From positions 93,188-157,187 of the forward strand of contig DASXQR010000017.1 of the NCBI GenBank assembly GCA_036507075.1: a DNA stretch of 64,000 bases, read 5' to 3'. The notes beneath the pieces were generated by a model. That model was given only the letters and a program-made list of their open reading frames with translations, ran no database searches and was not told where the DNA came from. Positions 20,353-30,534 of this stretch are shown piece after piece (position 1 is the first letter of the stretch; each line of letters begins with the position of its first letter). This DNA comes from Acidobacteriota bacterium. GTDB lineage: Bacteria > Acidobacteriota > UBA6911 > JACQSX01. Position numbers and translations under genes: made by a program.

Positions 20353-20618
20353 GGAAAGCCGGAAAGCAGAAGGCAGGAGGCAGGAGGCAGGAGGCGGGAG
20401 ACGGGATCGACGCTATCAGTACCGCGATCCGTTAGGTCGCGGCGGGGAATGTAAGTGGAACTGTTACGGCCACCGGATCGAAGGCAGAAGGCGGAAGGCG
20501 GAAGGCGGTAGGTATGAGCCTAACGATCCATGCTGATCGATTGTCCGAAAGGACATACAGTGGATTTCACGCCTGTTGGTACACTGAACGACCGAACGAC
20601 TGAACGACTGAACGACTG
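20353..20618. repeat. cluster of three direct (non-inverted) tandem arrays: (AGGCAGG)x4 at 20353-20406, (GAAGGCG)x4 at 20479-20512, (CTGAACGA)x4 at 20581-20618
   Basis: Read directly, in the aminotransferase-serA gap; the track ORFs 20266..20536 translate the repeats and are judged spurious. Confidence 0.85.
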
Positions 20619-20661
20619 AGAAGCTGAGTAAGCAGCCACAAGTTCCACTCGAGCTCGAGAA

Positions 20662-22272
20662 ATGCCTGAACAAAACATCTTGATTTCCGACAACCTGTCC
20701 CCAGGCGTGGTGGACCTTCTAAAGCAGGCGGGCTTTACGCCCGACTTTCGGCCCGACATTTCGCGCAAAGATTTGCTCGCCGCCGTCGGCGAGGTCGATG
20801 TCCTGCTTGTGAGGAGCAAAACCGAGGTGGATGTGGAACTTCTGGAAGCGGCTGAAAAGTTGAAAGTCGTGGGACGCGCCGGCGCCGGTGTCGATAACAT
20901 CGATCTGGAATCTGCTACCCGCAGGGGAGTGCTGGTGATGAACACGCCAGGCGGCAACAGCATCAGCGCCGCGGAACACACCATGGCGTTGCTGCTCGCC
21001 CTGGCGAGAAAAGTGCCCCGGGCCGATTCCACAATGAAGCAGGGAAAATGGGATAAGAAGCAGTTTGAAGGCATCGAGCTGCTGGGGAAAACGCTCGGCC
21101 TGCTGGGACTGGGAAAGATCGGATCGGAAGTCGCCAAGCGCGCGGGCGCCTTTGGGATGGACGTGGTCGCATATGATCCGTACGTTCCCGAGAAGCTGGC
21201 GCGAGAGCTGGAAGTCGAGCTTCTCCCACTGGACGATCTGCTGTCGCGCTCGGATTTTATCAGCCTTCACCTGCCTCTGACGGATGCCACTGAAAAGTTG
21301 ATCAACGAGACGGCCATCGCCAAGATGAAACCGGGAATGCGGCTGATTAACTGCGCTCGCGGCGGCCTGATTGACGAGGCAGTGCTGCTGCGGGCTCTCG
21401 AGAGCGGCAAGATCGCCGCGGCTGCTCTGGATGTTTTCGAGCGCGAACCCTCTCCGAATCAGGAATTGATCGGACACCCCAACCTGATCGCCACGCCTCA
21501 CATCGCCGGCTCGACGCAGGAGGCGCAGGAGAAGGTCGGTTTCGAAATCGTGCAGCAGATCATCGATTACTTGCGCGGGGGCGTGGTTCGTAATGCTGTG
21601 AATTTTGCTTCCATCAGCTCGCGTGAGTTCGAGCAGGTCGCCCCGTACATGGAACTGGGGGAGAAACTGGGGCTGTTCCTGGGTCAGATCTGCAGGATCC
21701 GGGTGAGCGAAATTGGGATCCGTTATTACGGTGAGTTGGCTGCGCTCAACTTCAAACCGATTTCCAGTTGCATCCTGAAGGGGATTTTTGAAGCCAATAG
21801 AATCGAAGGCGTAAACATGATCAATGCTTTCAGTGCGGCCCGCGAGCGTCGAATTGTGGTCACGGAGACTTCCAGCAACCGCGAGCGAGGCTTCAAGAAC
21901 CTGATCAGCATTCAAATGCGCAATGAAACGGAAGCGGAATGGGCCGAGGGAGCGTTGCTGCATCGCGGTAATTTGAGGCTGGTTTCCGTCGACGGAATCG
22001 GCTTGGAATCGCCCATGGGAGATTTCCTGTTGTTCATTCGCAATCAGGACCAGCCGGGTGTAATCGGCCAGGTCGGCACCGCTTTGGGCGACAGCGGAAT
22101 CAATATTGCCAGTTTCACGCTCGGCCGCCACGAAGCCCGAGGCGAGGCGGTTGGAATCGTCAACACCGACTCTCCCGTGCCTGCTGAACTGTTGAAAAAA
22201 ATCCGCGAGCTGTCGGCCGTCTCATTCGCCGCTGTGGTATGTCTCGGCGGCGACGTGCGGCGCTGCAAGTGA
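20662..22272 (+). CDS. serA: D-3-phosphoglycerate dehydrogenase (with ASB and ACT domains)
   Basis: 536 aa; NAD-binding GxGxxG (GLLGLGKIG), catalytic His/Glu region, C-terminal ACT domain. Confidence 0.95.
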   Translation: MPEQNILISDNLSPGVVDLLKQAGFTPDFRPDISRKDLLAAVGEVDVLLVRSKTEVDVELLEAAEKLKVVGRAGAGVDNIDLESATRRGVLVMNTPGGNSISAAEHTMALLLALARKVPRADSTMKQGKWDKKQFEGIELLGKTLGLLGLGKIGSEVAKRAGAFGMDVVAYDPYVPEKLARELEVELLPLDDLLSRSDFISLHLPLTDATEKLINETAIAKMKPGMRLINCARGGLIDEAVLLRALESGKIAAAALDVFEREPSPNQELIGHPNLIATPHIAGSTQEAQEKVGFEIVQQIIDYLRGGVVRNAVNFASISSREFEQVAPYMELGEKLGLFLGQICRIRVSEIGIRYYGELAALNFKPISSCILKGIFEANRIEGVNMINAFSAARERRIVVTETSSNRERGFKNLISIQMRNETEAEWAEGALLHRGNLRLVSVDGIGLESPMGDFLLFIRNQDQPGVIGQVGTALGDSGINIASFTLGRHEARGEAVGIVNTDSPVPAELLKKIRELSAVSFAAVVCLGGDVRRCK

Positions 22273-22313
22273 GGCAAAGCATGAAACTCCGCAGTCACCG
22301 CTTTACGTCGTGC

Positions 22314-22367
22314 GTAGAGACGCGACATGTCGCGTCTGAGCTCAGACGCGGCATGCCGCGTCTCTAC
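22314..22367. repeat. perfect 54-bp palindrome X' (GTAGAGACGCGACATGTCGCGTCTGAGCTCAGACGCGGCATGCCGCGTCTCTAC), two sub-hairpins
   Basis: Read directly; lies between the serA stop and the copA start; related to X at 13143-13201. Confidence 0.85.
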
Positions 22368-22375
22368 ACCTGAGA

Positions 22376-24526
22376 ATGTTCAGACACCAAGCCAACAGCA
22401 AACCCAAATCAGACAAATCACAGTACGTCTGTCCCATGCATCCGGAAGTGGTGCGCGACAAACCGGGGTCCTGCCCGATATGCGGCATGGCGCTCGAACC
22501 CGGAATCCCAACCCTGGAAGAGGAAGTGAACCCGGAGCTTGTCGACATGACTCGCAGATTTTGGGTCAGCGCCGTGTTGACAGCACCACTCCTGATTAGC
22601 GCTATGGGCGGGATGATCCTGGGTCACGAGTGGAAGATCACGGGGGCCTGGTCGATTTATGTTCAGTTGGCCCTCGCTACCCCGGTGGTTCTGTGGGCAA
22701 GCCGGCCTTTCTTTGAGCGAGGCTGGGAATCGATCGTAAACCGAAGTCCCAACATGTTCACGTTGATCGCGCTGGGCGTCGGAACCGCATACCTTTACAG
22801 CCTGGTAGCCGCACTGTTTCCACGGTGGTTGCCACAGAGCGCGCGCGGCCATTCAGGTCAGCCGGATGTCTACTTCGAAGCCGCTGCGGTGATTGCCACC
22901 CTCGTTCTTCTGGGCCAAGTGCTTGAACTGCGCGCCCGCAGCAGGACTGGGGCCGCCATTCGATCACTTCTCCAACTGACGCCTGAGACCGCGAGGCGAG
23001 TGGCGCCGAATGGACAAGAAGAAGATATTCCGTTGGAACAAGTCCGAGCCGGAGACCGGCTGCGTATACGCCCGGGCGACAGGGTGCCGGTGGACGGTTT
23101 CGTGATCGAGGGCGTAAGTTCCGTCGATGAATCAATGATTTCCGGAGAACCCTTGCCCGTGGAAAAGACGCCGGGAAGCGGTGTGTCTGCCGGCACAGTG
23201 AATGGCACGGGAAGCTTCATCATGGAAGCGGAGCGAGTCGGCAGCGAGACGTTGCTGGCGCAAATTGTGCGGATGGTCAGCACGGCGCAGCGCAGCAGGG
23301 CCCCTATTCAGCGAGTGGCGGATCTGGCCGCATCCTATTTTGTACCTTTGGTGATCGTTGCTGCGCTGATCACGTTCGCGGTGTGGTGGTTTGCAGGACC
23401 AGAGCCAAAGCTGACGCATTCAATCGTGAATGCAGTCGCGGTCCTGATTATCGCCTGTCCCTGCGCCCTCGGTCTGGCGACGCCGATGTCGATCATGGTG
23501 GGAATAGGACGAGGCGCTCTTTCCGGGGTCTTAGTCCGGGACGCAGAAGCGCTGGAAGTCCTGGAAAAGGTCGATACCCTGGTGGTGGACAAGACAGGCA
23601 CCTTGACTGAAGGGAAACCTCGACTGGGAGAGATATTTGTCCTTGGCGAAAACGACGAAAAGGAGATCCTTCGCCTGGTGGCGAGTCTGGAGCGCGCCAG
23701 CGAGCATCCCCTGGCCGGCGCGATCGTGAGCGCAGCGGAAGTGAGGGGGGTGGAATTCTCCAAAGTGCAGGAGTTTCAAGCCCTTACCGGCAAAGGCATA
23801 GTTGGGAAGATCGGCGGCAAGACTGTTGCCGCGGGAAACAGCAGCTTGTTCGAGGAGCTTTCCATTCCCATCGACCCTTTGCGATCGCGCGCGGAAATGA
23901 TGCGCTCCCATGGTCAGACAGTGATGGCGGTCGCCGTGGAAGGCCGCGCAGCCGCGCTTCTGGCGGTGACGGATCCGATCAAGCCCTCAACAGTGGAAGC
24001 CATTGAGGCGCTCCATCAAGAGCGCGTGACAATCGTAATGGTCACGGGAGATGGTGAAACTACCGCAAAGGCGGTGGCGGGCAAGTTGGGCATCGACCGC
24101 GTTCAGGCAGAAGTTTTGCCTGAGCAAAAAGCGGCAATCGTGAAAAAGCTTCAGCAAGAGGGCAGGATCGTGGCTATGGCCGGCGATGGCATCAACGACG
24201 CGCCGGCGCTGGCCCAGAGTGATGTCGGAATCGCTATGGGGACGGGCGCCGACGTGGCCATGGAAAGCGCGGGGATCACACTGGTTCAGGGTGATCTGCG
24301 CGGAATCGTTCGAGCTCGAAAGCTAAGCCGGGCCACGATGAGGAACATCCGGCAGAATCTGTTCTTCGCTTTCTTCTATAACATGCTGGGCGTGCCCATT
24401 GCGGCGGGGGCGCTTTACCCTTCTTTCGGTCTTCTGCTCAGCCCTATGATTGCCAGCGCGGCGATGACATTCAGTTCCGTCTCCGTTATCGCAAACGCTC
24501 TGCGTCTACGTAGTTTGCAGCTCTAA
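22376..24526 (+). CDS. copA: copper-translocating P1B-type ATPase
   Basis: 716 aa; N-terminal Cys-rich metal-binding segment (CPMHPEV...[10 protein letters not shown]), CPC transmembrane metal site, DKTGT phosphorylation motif, GDGxNDxP hinge. Confidence 0.9.
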   Translation: MFRHQANSKPKSDKSQYVCPMHPEVVRDKPGSCPICGMALEPGIPTLEEEVNPELVDMTRRFWVSAVLTAPLLISAMGGMILGHEWKITGAWSIYVQLALATPVVLWASRPFFERGWESIVNRSPNMFTLIALGVGTAYLYSLVAALFPRWLPQSARGHSGQPDVYFEAAAVIATLVLLGQVLELRARSRTGAAIRSLLQLTPETARRVAPNGQEEDIPLEQVRAGDRLRIRPGDRVPVDGFVIEGVSSVDESMISGEPLPVEKTPGSGVSAGTVNGTGSFIMEAERVGSETLLAQIVRMVSTAQRSRAPIQRVADLAASYFVPLVIVAALITFAVWWFAGPEPKLTHSIVNAVAVLIIACPCALGLATPMSIMVGIGRGALSGVLVRDAEALEVLEKVDTLVVDKTGTLTEGKPRLGEIFVLGENDEKEILRLVASLERASEHPLAGAIVSAAEVRGVEFSKVQEFQALTGKGIVGKIGGKTVAAGNSSLFEELSIPIDPLRSRAEMMRSHGQTVMAVAVEGRAAALLAVTDPIKPSTVEAIEALHQERVTIVMVTGDGETTAKAVAGKLGIDRVQAEVLPEQKAAIVKKLQQEGRIVAMAGDGINDAPALAQSDVGIAMGTGADVAMESAGITLVQGDLRGIVRARKLSRATMRNIRQNLFFAFFYNMLGVPIAAGALYPSFGLLLSPMIASAAMTFSSVSVIANALRLRSLQL

Positions 24527-24554
24527 GATTCCACCACAAAGACACAGTGAGAGT

Positions 24555-24644
24555 GGAGAGACGGCCCGAGGGCCGTCTCGGGCGAAGTCGATGGCAGGGC
24601 AATCCCGTCGACATCCTCTGAGACGTCCCTCAGGACGTCTCTCC
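24555..24644. repeat. Y element copy, inverted relative to 13209-13296
   Basis: Its reverse complement aligns to 13209-13296 at >85% identity over ~88 bp; immediately downstream of copA. Confidence 0.85.
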
Positions 24645-24775
24645 GAGCGGCGAAGCCGCGCATGGCTGCCGCAAAGGCGCATGACCTTGCCAGCGGGCGA
24701 TTTGGTCCGTTAAACTGGAGTTGAGAAGTATCGATGCTCCCGCGTTTTGTGAGCTGGTTTGGTGCGAAAAAAAAC

Positions 24776-24804
24776 TTGATTTTTGTGTTGATCCAACTTA
24801 TACC
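24776..24804 (+). promoter_or_regulatory. candidate sigma70-type promoter for the ferredoxin gene (TTGATT -17 nt- TATACC)
   Basis: Sequence pattern only; the -10 box lies ~70 nt upstream of the ATG, which has a GGAGGAAAGG RBS. Confidence 0.25.
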
Positions 24805-24873
24805 AGCCCCTTGAGGCCGGCCCGGTGATATCCTGACATCGCAGGCTCAATAGGGAATTGGAGGAAAGGCAGT

Positions 24874-25113
24874 ATGACTTTTATTATTTGCGAACCCTGT
24901 GTCGACGTCAAAGACAAGGCTTGCGTCGAGGCCTGTCCGGTAGATTGCATCTATGGAGCCGAGACTGACAATCAGCTCTATATTCATCCGGACGAGTGCA
25001 TCGATTGTGGCGCCTGTGAGCCTGTTTGTCCGGTGACGGCAATCTTTCCGGAAGATGAAGTGCCCGAAAAATGGCAGCAGTATATTGACATTAATAAGAA
25101 CTACTTCAAGTAG
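24874..25113 (+). CDS. fdxA: ferredoxin (two-cluster 4Fe-4S/3Fe-4S type)
   Basis: 79 aa; CxxxxxxCP and [12 protein letters not shown] cysteine motifs. Confidence 0.9.
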   Translation: MTFIICEPCVDVKDKACVEACPVDCIYGAETDNQLYIHPDECIDCGACEPVCPVTAIFPEDEVPEKWQQYIDINKNYFK

Positions 25114-25125
25114 TGCCCTTCTTTG

Positions 25126-25169
25126 CCCGGCTGGCCGTCCGCGGCCGCCACTTCAGGCCACCAGCCGGG
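25126..25169 (+). terminator. candidate hairpin terminator downstream of the ferredoxin gene (stem CCCGGCTGG/CCAGCCGGG, followed by TTGTGTTT)
   Basis: 9-bp GC stem with a GC-rich loop and a U-rich tail, read directly; the tail is not a canonical U-tract. Confidence 0.3.
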
Positions 25170-25301
25170 TTGTGTTTCACATCACGCCCCCCTCCCCAAG
25201 TATCTGGTAATAAATAGCTTTTATACAGCCGGGTCAAAAACGCTTTAAACGCAGCACTTTAAAGTGTAGGATTCCGGATTGCTCCTCCAGGACAACTCTA
25301 C

Positions 25302-26975
25302 ATGAAGCAAAACCGCAGGGAATCGGACGGCTCAGTCGACAAGCGTACGGAAAGCTCAGGAGAAAATCTTTCCCATGTGGATTACCGTGCGCTGGTGGAG
25401 AATCTGAAAGAAGGCGTCTATCGCAGCACTTTTGACGGTCAAATCCTGCTGGCCAACCCGGCCCTGGCAAAGATCCTGGGATACGACTCGGTAGCCGATT
25501 TGAAGCGCGTCAACGTAAAGGAAATGTACGTTGACCCGCTCGACAGGGAAGAGAACATCAACACACTGATTCGAGACCGCTCCGTCTCGCGCTATTGCCT
25601 TCGGCTGAAAAAGAAAAACGGAGAAACAATTATCGTCGAAGAGACCGGTCAAGCGGTTTTTGACGCCGAGGGGCAGGTCCTCTATTGCGAAGGAATCATC
25701 CAGGACGTCACCGAGCGGGTCGCGGCTGAAATCCGATACCGCAGCCTGGTCGAGAATGCCGGCGATGCTATCTGGACGCTCGATTCAGAAGGGCGTTTCG
25801 TCTCGGTGAACCGCGCGTTTGAGCGGATTCTCGGGTTTGCGCGCGACTCTCTGGTGGGAAAGCATATCGTCGATTGCGATTTGATTGCTCCCGAGTACAT
25901 AAGCCTCGTGGTGAAAGAATTCAAGCAGCGTTTGCAGGGAGAACCGAGCAGAGCGTACGAAATCGAAGTGCTCGACATAAACGGCAATCGAATTCCGATT
26001 GAAATCAGCACTCAGCGGCTGCAGGTCGATGCCCAGACCGTCGAGATAGTGGGAATAGGGCGAGATATGCGCGCCCGCAAAGCTCTGGAGCGGGAGTTGG
26101 TCTCCACCAAGAATCATCTGCAGAGCGTCATCGACAATGCGCTGGATGCCATCATTGTTACCGACGACAGAGGAACGATTCAGGGGTGGAACAAGGGCGC
26201 CGAGCGGATTTTTGAAGTAAAGCGGCAGGCAATGCTGGGGCAGCCGATCGACAAGATTTTCCCCGAAGATAAGTATTTTTCTTACTACCGAGCGCGCCGA
26301 AACCTTGCGCTGGGGAACCCTGTAAGCGATCTGGAACTGACCTGGGTTAGAACAGACGGCACTCAGATACACCTGAACATTTCCGTATCACCGATACGGA
26401 ACGAGAAGGGGAGCGTTGTCGGGGCCAGCGCGATTGCCAGGGACACCACGGAAAAGAAAAAACTGGAAGTGACTCTGCAGCATCTGGTAATCACCGATCA
26501 CCTTACGGAGACTTTCAACCGTTACTACTTTGACCAGTTGTTGCAGAAAGAAATTACCCGTTCCAAGCGCCACGGTTACGCTCTTTCCATCGCCCTGATC
26601 GACATCGACGGCTTTAAGGCCATCAATGATCGGCACGGCCATCAGATCGGCGACAAGGTGCTCAAGGAAAGCGCCCGTATTTTGAAGTCCAGTATCCGAA
26701 ACTCCGACACGCTGGTTCGCTATGGAGGAGACGAGTTTCTGATTCTGCTGCCGGAAACCGATCAAAACAAGATCCTGTACGTCGTGCGTCGGATTGAAGA
26801 GAAGCTGCACATCTGGAATCAGGATGAATCTTTTCTCGATCGCCCGCTTGAATTCAGCATCGGCTATGCCACGTGCGTGGGCGGCGACGATGTGGAAAAG
26901 TCCCTTCGCTCCGCCGATATGCAGATGTATGAACAAAAAAACCGAAAGCGCGGCGGTCGGGAAACGATCATGTAA
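25302..26975 (+). CDS. multi-PAS sensor diguanylate cyclase (GGDEF)
   Basis: 557 aa; three or four PAS/PAC repeats, C-terminal GGDEF domain with intact RYGGDEF and an RxxD I-site (RNSD). Confidence 0.9.
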   Translation: MKQNRRESDGSVDKRTESSGENLSHVDYRALVENLKEGVYRSTFDGQILLANPALAKILGYDSVADLKRVNVKEMYVDPLDREENINTLIRDRSVSRYCLRLKKKNGETIIVEETGQAVFDAEGQVLYCEGIIQDVTERVAAEIRYRSLVENAGDAIWTLDSEGRFVSVNRAFERILGFARDSLVGKHIVDCDLIAPEYISLVVKEFKQRLQGEPSRAYEIEVLDINGNRIPIEISTQRLQVDAQTVEIVGIGRDMRARKALERELVSTKNHLQSVIDNALDAIIVTDDRGTIQGWNKGAERIFEVKRQAMLGQPIDKIFPEDKYFSYYRARRNLALGNPVSDLELTWVRTDGTQIHLNISVSPIRNEKGSVVGASAIARDTTEKKKLEVTLQHLVITDHLTETFNRYYFDQLLQKEITRSKRHGYALSIALIDIDGFKAINDRHGHQIGDKVLKESARILKSSIRNSDTLVRYGGDEFLILLPETDQNKILYVVRRIEEKLHIWNQDESFLDRPLEFSIGYATCVGGDDVEKSLRSADMQMYEQKNRKRGGRETIM

Positions 26976-26989
26976 GGCTCCGAACAAAA

Positions 26990-27159
26990 GTTACGGGTTC
27001 CGGGTTTCGAGTTACGGGTTTTCGTAACCCAGAAACTTGCTTTTCTCAGTTGCTCTACCGAAGACTCCCGCCTGTAAACCCAATCTTTGCCCGCATAGAT
27101 TTCGGGTCTCTGCAAATTCGTCATATCTCGCAACCCGGAACCCGTAACTCGCAAACCGG
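26990..27159. repeat. palindromic element, GTTACGG family (short arms, ~100-nt apex)
   Basis: ttacgggttccgggtttcgagttacgggttttcgtaaccc ... cgcaacccggaacccgtaactcgcaaaccgg. Confidence 0.8.
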
Positions 27160-27261
27160 ATCCTGCATTGACGAACCTTCTCCTGGCTGCTAGCTGATTG
27201 ACAAACCTTCTCCTAGCTGGTAGAAAAACTTTTTTCTGCAAACACAGCGGGAGAGGACTGA

Positions 27262-28224
27262 TTGATTCAGGTTGAAAATCTCACAAAACGTTATGCCGGC
27301 ACAACGGCAATTCAGGATGTCACGTTTGACGTCAAGAAGGGAGAGATTGTCGGGTTTCTCGGGCCAAACGGCGCGGGCAAAACCACGACAATGCGCATTC
27401 TGGCGGGATTCATTCCGGCAACCGCCGGGACCGCCCGCGTCAGCGGCTTTGACGTCTTCGAGCAACCGCTCGAAGTGAAGCGACGAATCGGGTATATGCC
27501 CGAAAACCCGCCTCTCTACCTGGAATTGTCGGTAGACTCGTTTCTCACCTTTGTCGGCCAGATCAAGGGCGTCAACCCTGACAAGCTTCCCTCGCGCCTG
27601 GAGGCCGTCAAGGAACAGTGCGGGCTGTCGGATGTCGGAGGCAGGCTGATCAGGCATCTGTCCAAGGGATTCCGGCAGCGCGTCGGACTGGCACAGGCAC
27701 TGATCCATGATCCTGAAGTGTTGATTCTGGATGAGCCGACCGTCGGGCTTGATCCTAAACAAATCATCGAAGTGCGGGAGCTGATCAAGCGGCTGGGGGG
27801 AGAACATACCATCATTCTCTCCACTCACATCCTTCCCGAAGTGAGCATGACTTGCCAGCGCGTGGTAATCATCAGTCACGGCAAAGTGGTGGCCATCGAT
27901 ACTCCCGAAAACCTCAAGACCAAGCTTGTAGGAGCGCATCAAGTGCATGTCGAGTGCCGCGGTGAATCGGAGAAAATACGGGCGGTGCTGGCCTCTGTTC
28001 CCGGGCTGAAGAATATTCAGCTCGAATCGTCGAATGCAACGAACCTGTTTCGCGTGGAGATGGAGCCGGGACAGGATGCCAGGGGAGCCATTGCCCGCGC
28101 AGTGGTTCAGAGCGGCGCCGAACTGCTGGAGCTGAGAACCAGCGGCCCCAGCCTGGAAGAAGTCTTCCTGAAGCTCACCACTGACGAAATTGCCGAAACC
28201 GCCGGAACCGAGGTTGAAGCATGA
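27262..28224 (+). CDS. ABC transporter ATP-binding protein (GldA-like)
   Basis: Walker A GPNGAGKTT, ABC signature and Walker B; first gene of a four-gene unit. Confidence 0.85.
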   Translation: MIQVENLTKRYAGTTAIQDVTFDVKKGEIVGFLGPNGAGKTTTMRILAGFIPATAGTARVSGFDVFEQPLEVKRRIGYMPENPPLYLELSVDSFLTFVGQIKGVNPDKLPSRLEAVKEQCGLSDVGGRLIRHLSKGFRQRVGLAQALIHDPEVLILDEPTVGLDPKQIIEVRELIKRLGGEHTIILSTHILPEVSMTCQRVVIISHGKVVAIDTPENLKTKLVGAHQVHVECRGESEKIRAVLASVPGLKNIQLESSNATNLFRVEMEPGQDARGAIARAVVQSGAELLELRTSGPSLEEVFLKLTTDEIAETAGTEVEA

Positions 28225-29012
28225 AGAATATCTTTACGATCTGGAAGAAGGAACTGAATCTGATGTTCGTGTCGCCGATCGCCTACGTGGTGCTAACCAT
28301 GTTCCTGGCCCTGGCGGGTTTTTTCTTCTACGTCATCGTCACCGGTGTGATGCGCAGCAGCATTCAGGAAATGCTGCGGTCGCAGCAGTTTGGCGGCCCG
28401 CCTCCACCGCGCGATATGGTGCTGGATGTGTTTCGCAACTTTTTTGGCGTTCTGAGCACCATTGTCCTGTTTGTGCTCCCGATGCTTACCATGGGCTCAT
28501 TCGCCGAAGAGAAGAAGCGGGGTACCATCGAGTTGCTGATGACGTCGCCTCTCACCCACTGGCAGGTTATCCTGGGGAAGTTTCTCGGATCGCTCTCGTT
28601 CTTTGTGCTGATGCTGCTCCCCACTCTTATTTACGGTTTTTTTCTGTTCAGCCACAGCGAGCCGGCGCCGCAATGGGGACCGATACTGTCCGGCTATCTG
28701 GGAATTTTCCTTCTGGGCGCGGTGCTGATTTCTATCGGGATTTTCATTTCATCCATGACCGAGAACCAGATTATCGCCGGGGTTGTAACATTTGCCCTTT
28801 TTATTTTTCTCTGGGTGATAGACGTTAATGCCGGGCCTGAGGGGAGTGGTTTCTGGAGCGAGCTGATGCGCTACCTGTCAATACTCAAATACTACGAAGA
28901 TTTCACCAAGGGAGTAATCGACACGACAAGCCTCGTTTTTTACGGCAGCCTGATCCTGTTTGGGCTGTTTTTGACGTCTGCTTCCATTGAATCGATGCGG
29001 TGGCGGGAATGA
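28221..29012 (+). CDS. ABC-2 type permease (GldF-like)
   Basis: 263 aa, six TM helices; ATGA overlap with the ATPase gene. Confidence 0.8.
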   Translation: MKNIFTIWKKELNLMFVSPIAYVVLTMFLALAGFFFYVIVTGVMRSSIQEMLRSQQFGGPPPPRDMVLDVFRNFFGVLSTIVLFVLPMLTMGSFAEEKKRGTIELLMTSPLTHWQVILGKFLGSLSFFVLMLLPTLIYGFFLFSHSEPAPQWGPILSGYLGIFLLGAVLISIGIFISSMTENQIIAGVVTFALFIFLWVIDVNAGPEGSGFWSELMRYLSILKYYEDFTKGVIDTTSLVFYGSLILFGLFLTSASIESMRWRE

Positions 29013-30532
29013 ATCGCTTGCTTCGCTATGTTCCGGCGGCCGGGGTGGTGCTGCTGCTGGCCGGCTACTTCTATTATTCCATTCGAAGCGAGTGGTCTAT
29101 CGCAGCGCAGGTAATGGTCTATGGAGGGGGAGCGCTGCTGCTGTTTTCCCTCTTCTGGCAGTGGGAGAGAATCCAGAAGAGCTTTCACCGTCGGGCGGTC
29201 CGTTATGGAAGCGCGGCCGGCCTGGTGCTGCTGGTCCTTCTAGGAATTCTTGGGCTGATCAATTTCCTCAGCTTCAAACACAGTAAGCGCTATGACCTGA
29301 CGGAAAACCAGTTGTTCAGTCTTTCCGACCAATCCAGAAAGATCACGCAGAATCTGAAGCAGGATATTTACGTCACCGTTTTCCAGAAAGGAAAACTTCC
29401 CGACAGCCTTCGGGATCTGATGCTGGAATATCAGGCGGCCGGAAAGCGCTTTCACTTCACCGTGGTGGACCCAGACCAAAACCCGCCCAAGGCCCGCGAG
29501 CTTGGAGTGCAGAGGCTCGGAGACATCATTGTTTCGGCAGGATCCAAAAAGGAGCGGATCGAGACGGCAACGGAAGAATCCATTACCAACGCGATAATCA
29601 AGGTGACCCGCGGCAAGAACAAGATTATTTACTACGTTACCGGTCATGGCGAGAGAGACTTGAACAGCACCGGCGCCGACGGTTTTTCGGTGGCCAAACA
29701 AAAGATGGACACACAGAACTACGACCTCAAGCCCCTCGTCCTGGCCGAAGAAAAGAAAGTCCCTGCCGATGCGTCAGTAGTGCTGGTGGTGGGACCGAAG
29801 TTTCAGTTGCTGCAACCCGAGGTGGACGCGCTGCAGAGCTATCTTGACCAGGGAGGACGCCTGTTGCTGCTGGTTGATCCTGAAACCAATCCCGGCCTGG
29901 ATGATTTTTTGAAGAGCAAAGGTTTAACGCTCGACAATGACGTGGTGGTCGATGCCAGTGGAATCGGGCAGATGTTCGGCATTGGCCCGGCGGCTCCGCT
30001 GGTGACCACCTACGAGGGACACGCTATTACGCAGGGATTTGAGAATACCATGACGTTCTTCCCTCTGGCGCGATCCATCACCACAGCCGCGTCGAGCGAT
30101 CAGGGCTACTCGTCGCAGGTCTTGATAAAAAGCAATCAGCGGTCCTGGGGAGAAACCGAGCTGAAGGGAGGCAGCGCAAAATTCGACGCCGGCAAAGACA
30201 AGCAGGGGCCTCTGAACATGGCCGTAGTGGCCACCAAGCGGATCGACGACAAGAGGCAGGCCAAGATCGTTCTCTTTGGCGACTCGGATTTTGCCGGCAA
30301 CGCCTATTTCCAGCGCCCTACGCCCCGCAACGGCGATCTGTTTTTGAATTCCGTAAACTGGCTTGCAGAGGACACCGAACTGATGGCGATCCGGCCGCAC
30401 GCCCCCCAGTCGCGGAGCATTAACATGTCGCTTGCCCAGACCAACATGCTCTTTTACCTGACCATGATCCTGATGCCGGCCGCGGCGCTGATTGCAGGCG
30501 CTGCCGTCTGGTGGAATCGACGACGAGCTTAA
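29000..30532 (+). CDS. GldG-like ABC transporter auxiliary protein
   Basis: 510 aa; N- and C-terminal TM anchors around a large periplasmic domain; overlaps the permease gene end. Confidence 0.7.
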   Translation: MAGMNRLLRYVPAAGVVLLLAGYFYYSIRSEWSIAAQVMVYGGGALLLFSLFWQWERIQKSFHRRAVRYGSAAGLVLLVLLGILGLINFLSFKHSKRYDLTENQLFSLSDQSRKITQNLKQDIYVTVFQKGKLPDSLRDLMLEYQAAGKRFHFTVVDPDQNPPKARELGVQRLGDIIVSAGSKKERIETATEESITNAIIKVTRGKNKIIYYVTGHGERDLNSTGADGFSVAKQKMDTQNYDLKPLVLAEEKKVPADASVVLVVGPKFQLLQPEVDALQSYLDQGGRLLLLVDPETNPGLDDFLKSKGLTLDNDVVVDASGIGQMFGIGPAAPLVTTYEGHAITQGFENTMTFFPLARSITTAASSDQGYSSQVLIKSNQRSWGETELKGGSAKFDAGKDKQGPLNMAVVATKRIDDKRQAKIVLFGDSDFAGNAYFQRPTPRNGDLFLNSVNWLAEDTELMAIRPHAPQSRSINMSLAQTNMLFYLTMILMPAAALIAGAAVWWNRRRA

Positions 30533-30534
30533 TC

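Noticed and set aside
20719-22131. 470-aa minus-strand ORF antisense to serA
   Set aside because: It is the mirror ORF of a bona fide conserved gene and has a low-complexity composition.
22314-22367. The X' palindrome as a rho-independent terminator of serA
   Set aside because: It has a strong stem but no U-tract. It could be an operator or a repeat, and is reported as a repeat.
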